DNA from: a virus
Taxonomy: Duplodnaviria; Caudoviricetes
Length of the DNA: 64,000 bases
Direction: 5' to 3' (one strand)
IMG/VR virus record: IMGVR_UViG_3300021426_000070
Span: 65,360-129,359 of that record
The notes below the pieces were generated by a model. The model made no database searches and was not told where the DNA came from. It was given only the letters and a program-made list of their open reading frames with translations. Numbering within the stretch: the first letter of the stretch is position 1; each line of letters begins with the position of its first letter. Positions 58,662-64,000 of the stretch are shown here, piece by piece. The position numbers and the translations under genes were made by a program.

Positions 58662-61600
58662 TTATGCAATTTTTAATCTAAGTTGTTTATTCTCTTCTCT
58701 CAATCTCTCACACTCGCTTTCAAGTGCCTTGATGCGGGCTTCATGGTCAACGACCTTCTTGGCGGTCACAATACTTGCAATCATAGCAGCCACGCCGTAA
58801 TTGATAGACAGCGTACCCTCAATGTCATTAGCAACACTTACCACTTCGGGCAATATCCTCTGCCAATTCTGAGCAATAGAACCAACATGTAGGTCGTTAT
58901 CCCGTCTGTCGTTCCACTTGTAGGTGATAGCGGGCATTTCGGCTATCTGCTCTACTCTCAGCTTAGTGTCGCCCATGATGGTCTTGTGGCGGGCATCTGA
59001 CAATGATGTTACACCACCCGTTGCGTAGATGTCGCCTGATACGTGCAGCTTGTAGGATGGTGATGATGTGCCGATACCAACGTTACCACCGCCCATGAAA
59101 GTGTTAGTGCCATTGTAACCGACTATCCAATTATTGGAATCATACAATCCTCGATTTGAATCTGTTGCCCAATGAAGGGCTATCCAATTGCCCGCCTCAT
59201 TACTTACATAAACCGCAGGGGCAGAACCTTTTGCCCAAAGGAATTTGCCACGGATATGTTCCCACCGGTAGCTGTCGCTACCGAGGCTATAAGTAATGTT
59301 AGCTGATGGCAGAATATCACCACTACTATTAATGCCGCTTACATAAGCTGTACCCCATCTTTCGCTTGAGCTACCTATTGCGTGTGCTCCGCTATATGGG
59401 TACAAACCGCCAATAGTGTAAACTGAGCGATTGAAAATAAAGTTGATGTTTGCTGAATTGTAGATATGACACCAAGAGGTATTTTGAGAACCGATGGTAG
59501 TCGTATTACTACTTGCGGTAACATACAGTAATCCGTTTACATTTCCCGTTCCATCAAAACTTTGTCCCCAAATGCTTCTCGCTGTCTGTAACTTTGTGGC
59601 TGATGCAGCGTTACCAGTAATGCTTGCACTGCTTGTTATATAACCGCTGTCGTTCGTAAACGAGGATACGTTTGTAGGTCTTCCGCTAACATTGCTCCAA
59701 GCAACACTACCTGCTGAATTTGCGTAGCTAACCGATTGACTACCAATATTACGGCTATCAATGTTTTTAGCCCAACTACTCCATGTTGAACCATTATATG
59801 TCCTGATTTGCAGTTCCCATTGATTAGAGCTATTTCTTCCCCAATACTTTTGAAAGAGATAACTTGATGAATTGTTACACCCTATAACCTCTAACCTCAT
59901 TTCTCCAGCAATGGTATCAGATGGATTGTTGGTAAAAGTACCGATAGTAGCACCACTTAGTTGTCCGTAGACACCCGTAGTCTTGTAGTCATTTAAATTT
60001 GCATTTTCAGGAATCGTGGTCGAAGCAAGATGCGATGCTGTTGTTGCAGAAGCACAAGAACCGCTACTTGTTATGTAGCCGCTATCATTAATGAATGATG
60101 ATAATGCGGTTGGTCTACCACTTACATTACCCCAAGCAACAGAGCCAGCAGAGGTTGCGTAGTTTACTGACTGAGAGCCAATGTTTGCGCCCGTAATAAC
60201 ATTATACCACGATGTGCCGTTATGGAAGACAAGTTTGTTTTCAGTCAAATTAGCAGTCAACTTAACACCAGTGGTATATAAATCCGAAGTCCATTTTATA
60301 GTCAGTGCCTCGCCATAACCATAACCTACATCGTTAAGTATTATTCCGTCTTGATAACCGCTGATATTCGAAGGATTGATTGTCAGCGCACCAGTAAGCG
60401 TTCCACCAGTCAAAGGTAGATAGTTGCTCAATGAGTTATACGCACTCTCTCCGTGACTGATATACGTCTGATAGGTTGAGTTAATAGAGATTGTTCCCGT
60501 GGAAGTAATTGTGCCGCCCGTAAGTCCTGTGCCCGTAGCAACACTTGTTACGCCACTTGATGTAACAAATCCCGCTCCATTGGTAAGCTGATTGGTGTTA
60601 TTAGGAATGGAGATAGTCTTTGCCTCTGAGCCGTTGTAAGACCCGCTTGAATATCCCGACCATGAAAGTGTGGCGAGTGTGGGTATATCTGATTTGAGGG
60701 CAAAATTGGTGCTTACCCACGACTTAGTAGCATAATCTGTAAGTGCGCCAGTGAGGTGCGACAGCGCAATAGGTCTTTCATCACTATTATTTGCCAAAAG
60801 TGCCCAAGTAACATCACCTTGACCACCGCCTCCACCGCCTTCGCTCGCGCCTAATGCGCTAACACCGCCGATGGCATAGAAATTGGCAGCACCTGTTCCG
60901 TCTGCGTTCTTGCTAACACGGATAGCGTTATTGGTCGAATCATAAGAAAGGTAAGCATCGCCAATCTTGATGTAGCCACTCATTGTAATGTTGGTAACAC
61001 TACTGAGTGCGCCACTGATAGAGGTTGGTACACCACCCGAAGTCCAGAATGTCTGACCCCAAGCAGTCTTTGATACAGTGGATAACTTTGAAGCAGTTGT
61101 AGCAGTTGTTGCCGAGGTAGCTGATGTGGCATTACCCGCGCTAGAGGCATAGCTAACGCTCTGAGAACCTATGTTACGGCTATCTATATTTTTTGCCCAA
61201 TCAGTCCAGCCTGTACCATGATAGTACGTTCTGATATACAAATCCCAATTATCACCACTTCTTGCCCAATATTTCTGAAAGAGATAGTTGTTCGAATTGT
61301 TGCCGCAACCGATAACCTCTAATCTCATTTCACCAGCACTATATGTAGAGGGTCTGTTAGTAAATGTTGCTATAATACTGCCTTGCAATTGTCCGTAGAC
61401 ACCCGTAGTCTTGTAGTCGTTTATATCGGCATTTTCGGGTATTGAAGCAGAACTAAGAACACTAGCACTGCTTGCGCTGCCCGCAGAAGTAGCATAATTC
61501 ACACTTGCGTTAGCATACGCAGTACAAGCTATAAAACCGCTTCCGTCCCAATATACTGGTGTTGTCGAACCGCCAGCAGCAGCAGGCTTACTTGTCACAT

Positions 61601-64000
61601 TACTCCAAGAAACTGCACCCGCACTTGCAGCATAGTTTACTGACTGAGAGCCAATATTGTTTTCTGTAATAATTTGTTTCCACGATTGCCACTCGCCACT
61701 ACCATTACGCTGTCTGATAGATAAATTGTATGTTGGGTCAGTATCTACGTATATCTGTGCTCCATAAGCATTTGCAAAACCCCAACTGAGGGCGAGAATA
61801 AAACCATCGCCACCAACAGGAGCTATAGACGTATCTGTGATTCCTACGTAGCGATACAGGTATGCGCCGACAGTTGTTTCTATGGCATCAGCACTAGTAG
61901 AAACATCACCACTATACCATCTAACACTACGTGTAGCATACGGAATAGTCAAATCAACGTCTGTGCCATTAGTGTTTACACGAAGATGATTGCCGTTGAT
62001 TGTGGTAGCACGAACACCACTGTTCGAGAATGTAGTGCCAGAAAGTGAAATGCCATTACCAGCAGAGTAAGTAGTATTCTCCCAAGGAACATTAACATAC
62101 GCTTGTCCGTTAGATAATTGTACGGCATAGTTCTTACCGCTTGTGGTGTAACCTATCTTAATACCTCCAAGTGCTGCCGCCGTAGCCGTTGGTAATACGT
62201 ATGTTTCGGGTGTAGGTGCGGCATACCAATGGTTTGTTGAGCCATTGTAAGTAAGCACATATCCGTCAGCAGCACCTAATACGCCATCACCAGCAGCGTT
62301 CTTCGATACGTCATTGAGTCCGTAGAGTGTTGTAGAACCGCCGCCGCCACCGCCTCCTTGTGAGCCTTGACCGAGGGCTGTGATACCGCCTTGCGACCAG
62401 AAGTCGAACTTTGCCTTGATGCTGATATTCGTAGTATCGGTAGGCAGTCCACTTGACTTATAGGTAGTGGTATAGTTTGTATTGCCATTATAGACATCGA
62501 ATAGGTCAAAGAACCTCTCGATAAGCAAATAGCGGGCATCATTCTCCGAACGTTTGAGTACGGCATCGCCAGCATCCGTGCCACCTATCTTCAAAGAAGT
62601 AAATGGTACTTGTGGAGTAATGCTAAGAAGCGTAGAACCTCCTTGACCGCTTGTTTGGAATGTAAAGGCGGCATTGAACGTGGCAAGCTCATTGAGGATA
62701 TTCTTGTTGTTGCTGTCCGAAAGCGTGGTGATATTCTTAATTGTCAGACTACCATCCTTATCCCAAGAGATATTTCCATCAGCACGATAACCAGAACCAT
62801 CAAATCGGTCAAGACCCTTTGCCCAACGTAGGGTATTCCATCCTTGCCCAATCTGTGCAGCGGATAGTTCCTCCTTGTCAAGCATATTACCGCCATACCA
62901 TGCCGCTATGCCATGACCTTTTGCGTGGGTAACAGTCCAATCATCATATTCTCCGCTGATACCAGCCCATGTGGTGTAGCTTGATAGCTGCGACCTATCA
63001 CCGCCGTTATATTGGCGCATACCGATAAGCGAGGTAAGCAAAAGACCACCATCAACAACAGTTGCACCACCAAGCGCATTGAGTATCGCTGTTCTTGCCG
63101 CATCTTGCAGATATGCTGATGCCGCATCTGCAATTTCGGTATCGTAAGTGCCACCCGTCAGCTTTTGGTAGTATTGGTTAGCAAGAATCGAATCAGCCTT
63201 CGTATCATCGGTATAGCGTACTCGCTTTGACCAATGCGTCTCAGAGTACGTTTCTGAGTCTGTGGATGCAGTAAGCACATCACCCGCCTTGTAAGATACT
63301 CCGTTGATGGTCTGGTCAGATTGCAATATCCAAAGGTCTCCAGCCTTGTATTTTGATGGACGAGTGAGGTAGGTAGTCGATTTGCCATCTGCCGTTTCTT
63401 GTGCATGTGCCGCATTTTCGAGTGCCCTTGCAATATCCTCGTCAGCGATAGGAGTCCAAAGATAGACCTCTTCCTCGTTATCGAACATAAAGCGATAACC
63501 ATGACCTGTAGCCTTGTCGTAGTAGAGGTCTCCGATGTGGTTATTCTTTTCCTCGGCTGTAGTCCATGTATTGGCGGGTGCGTTCTGTAAGGTAGGTACG
63601 CCCGTTAGAAACCACGACTCGATAGCTCCGTCTATTTGGTCTTGGAGGTTATCCATTTTGCTCCAAACCGCACTATCATCATAGGTCGTTTGGTGCTCTT
63701 GAACGAGTGCATCAAGCTCCGCATCGCTATTGGTGAACTCAACGTGCGCCTTGATTTTCAACTCTCCCTGACCTTGATTAGCTTGAGAGTCGTACTTGAT
63801 ATAGCTGCCCGTGTTGAGTGGTGAGCCAAAGCGGAAGTTACCCGCAACATTCATACGAGCCAATCCCGTCTGACTGTCAAAGCCCATATCAATCATGCAC
63901 TTGCCACTCAGCGAGTAGGTATTGATACCTTGATAGATTTGGTATGCGGGTGCGTTATCGCCACCGACAAACTCGATGATAGCACCTTGACGCTCCGTGT
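58662..64000 (-). CDS. Tail fibre/receptor-binding protein with C-terminal intramolecular chaperone (peptidase S74-like), 5'-truncated
   Basis: Frame open to window edge; GGVTSLSDARHKT cleavage-type motif, terminal coiled coil, repeated internal domains. Confidence 0.9.
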   Translation of the reverse strand, partial: TERQGAIIEFVGGDNAPAYQIYQGINTYSLSGKCMIDMGFDSQTGLARMNVAGNFRFGSPLNTGSYIKYDSQANQGQGELKIKAHVEFTNSDAELDALVQEHQTTYDDSAVWSKMDNLQDQIDGAIESWFLTGVPTLQNAPANTWTTAEEKNNHIGDLYYDKATGHGYRFMFDNEEEVYLWTPIADEDIARALENAAHAQETADGKSTTYLTRPSKYKAGDLWILQSDQTINGVSYKAGDVLTASTDSETYSETHWSKRVRYTDDTKADSILANQYYQKLTGGTYDTEIADAASAYLQDAARTAILNALGGATVVDGGLLLTSLIGMRQYNGGDRSQLSSYTTWAGISGEYDDWTVTHAKGHGIAAWYGGNMLDKEELSAAQIGQGWNTLRWAKGLDRFDGSGYRADGNISWDKDGSLTIKNITTLSDSNNKNILNELATFNAAFTFQTSGQGGSTLLSITPQVPFTSLKIGGTDAGDAVLKRSENDARYLLIERFFDLFDVYNGNTNYTTTYKSSGLPTDTTNISIKAKFDFWSQGGITALGQGSQGGGGGGGSTTLYGLNDVSKNAAGDGVLGAADGYVLTYNGSTNHWYAAPTPETYVLPTATAAALGGIKIGYTTSGKNYAVQLSNGQAYVNVPWENTTYSAGNGISLSGTTFSNSGVRATTINGNHLRVNTNGTDVDLTIPYATRSVRWYSGDVSTSADAIETTVGAYLYRYVGITDTSIAPVGGDGFILALSWGFANAYGAQIYVDTDPTYNLSIRQRNGSGEWQSWKQIITENNIGSQSVNYAASAGAVSWSNVTSKPAAAGGSTTPVYWDGSGFIACTAYANASVNYATSAGSASSASVLSSASIPENADINDYKTTGVYGQLQGSIIATFTNRPSTYSAGEMRLEVIGCGNNSNNYLFQKYWARSGDNWDLYIRTYYHGTGWTDWAKNIDSRNIGSQSVSYASSAGNATSATSATTATTASKLSTVSKTAWGQTFWTSGGVPTSISGALSSVTNITMSGYIKIGDAYLSYDSTNNAIRVSKNADGTGAANFYAIGGVSALGASEGGGGGGQGDVTWALLANNSDERPIALSHLTGALTDYATKSWVSTNFALKSDIPTLATLSWSGYSSGSYNGSEAKTISIPNNTNQLTNGAGFVTSSGVTSVATGTGLTGGTITSTGTISINSTYQTYISHGESAYNSLSNYLPLTGGTLTGALTINPSNISGYQDGIILNDVGYGYGEALTIKWTSDLYTTGVKLTANLTENKLVFHNGTSWYNVITGANIGSQSVNYATSAGSVAWGNVSGRPTALSSFINDSGYITSSGSCASATTASHLASTTIPENANLNDYKTTGVYGQLSGATIGTFTNNPSDTIAGEMRLEVIGCNNSSSYLFQKYWGRNSSNQWELQIRTYNGSTWSSWAKNIDSRNIGSQSVSYANSAGSVAWSNVSGRPTNVSSFTNDSGYITSSASITGNAASATKLQTARSIWGQSFDGTGNVNGLLYVTASSNTTTIGSQNTSWCHIYNSANINFIFNRSVYTIGGLYPYSGAHAIGSSSERWGTAYVSGINSSGDILPSANITYSLGSDSYRWEHIRGKFLWAKGSAPAVYVSNEAGNWIALHWATDSNRGLYDSNNWIVGYNGTNTFMGGGNVGIGTSSPSYKLHVSGDIYATGGVTSLSDARHKTIMGDTKLRVEQIAEMPAITYKWNDRRDNDLHVGSIAQNWQRILPEVVSVANDIEGTLSINYGVAAMIASIVTAKKVVDHEARIKALESECERLREENKQLRLKIA

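Noticed and set aside
59740-61445. Diversity-generating retroelement TR/VR pair in the tail fibre
   Set aside because: Both repeat copies are in-frame coding, differences are not adenine-specific, and no reverse transcriptase is in the window

Overview
A 64-kb segment of a large, probably siphovirus-type, Bacteroidales (Prevotella-like) phage or prophage; almost all genes are on the - strand. The host call rests on many correctly oriented Bacteroidota TAnnTTTG promoter elements and Bacteroidales-phage gene families. Left to right: dUTPase/ASCH/GNAT-like accessory region with an atypical tRNA and an HNH gene; divergent HTH pair; acyl carrier protein and HAD phosphatase; three beta-class DNA methyltransferases plus a Mom-like enzyme; replication initiator with internal iterons, RecD2 helicase and NinG; tRNA cluster; SSB/exonuclease/Rad52-like recombination genes; two arrays of mosaic small ORFs flanking a displaced tape-measure/distal-tail block; a six-gene operon of unknown function; lysis genes with two homing endonucleases; a BspA-type LRR protein; and a 5'-truncated tail fibre. 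No integrase, capsid, terminase, reverse transcriptase or CRISPR array is visible. Best leads: (1) a tRNA with an initiator (fMet) body but a GAC anticodon, plus two tRNA-like RNAs with remodelled anticodon arms; (2) two recurring RNA motifs with compensatory changes (a mini-pseudoknot just before start codons and a GYGA-capped hairpin); (3) sliding-clamp-type motifs at the C-termini of all four DNA-modifying enzymes; (4) small-ORF arrays built from shared modules; (5) the Gly/Asn-rich CCC coiled-coil operon. All calls are by eye; no searches were run.
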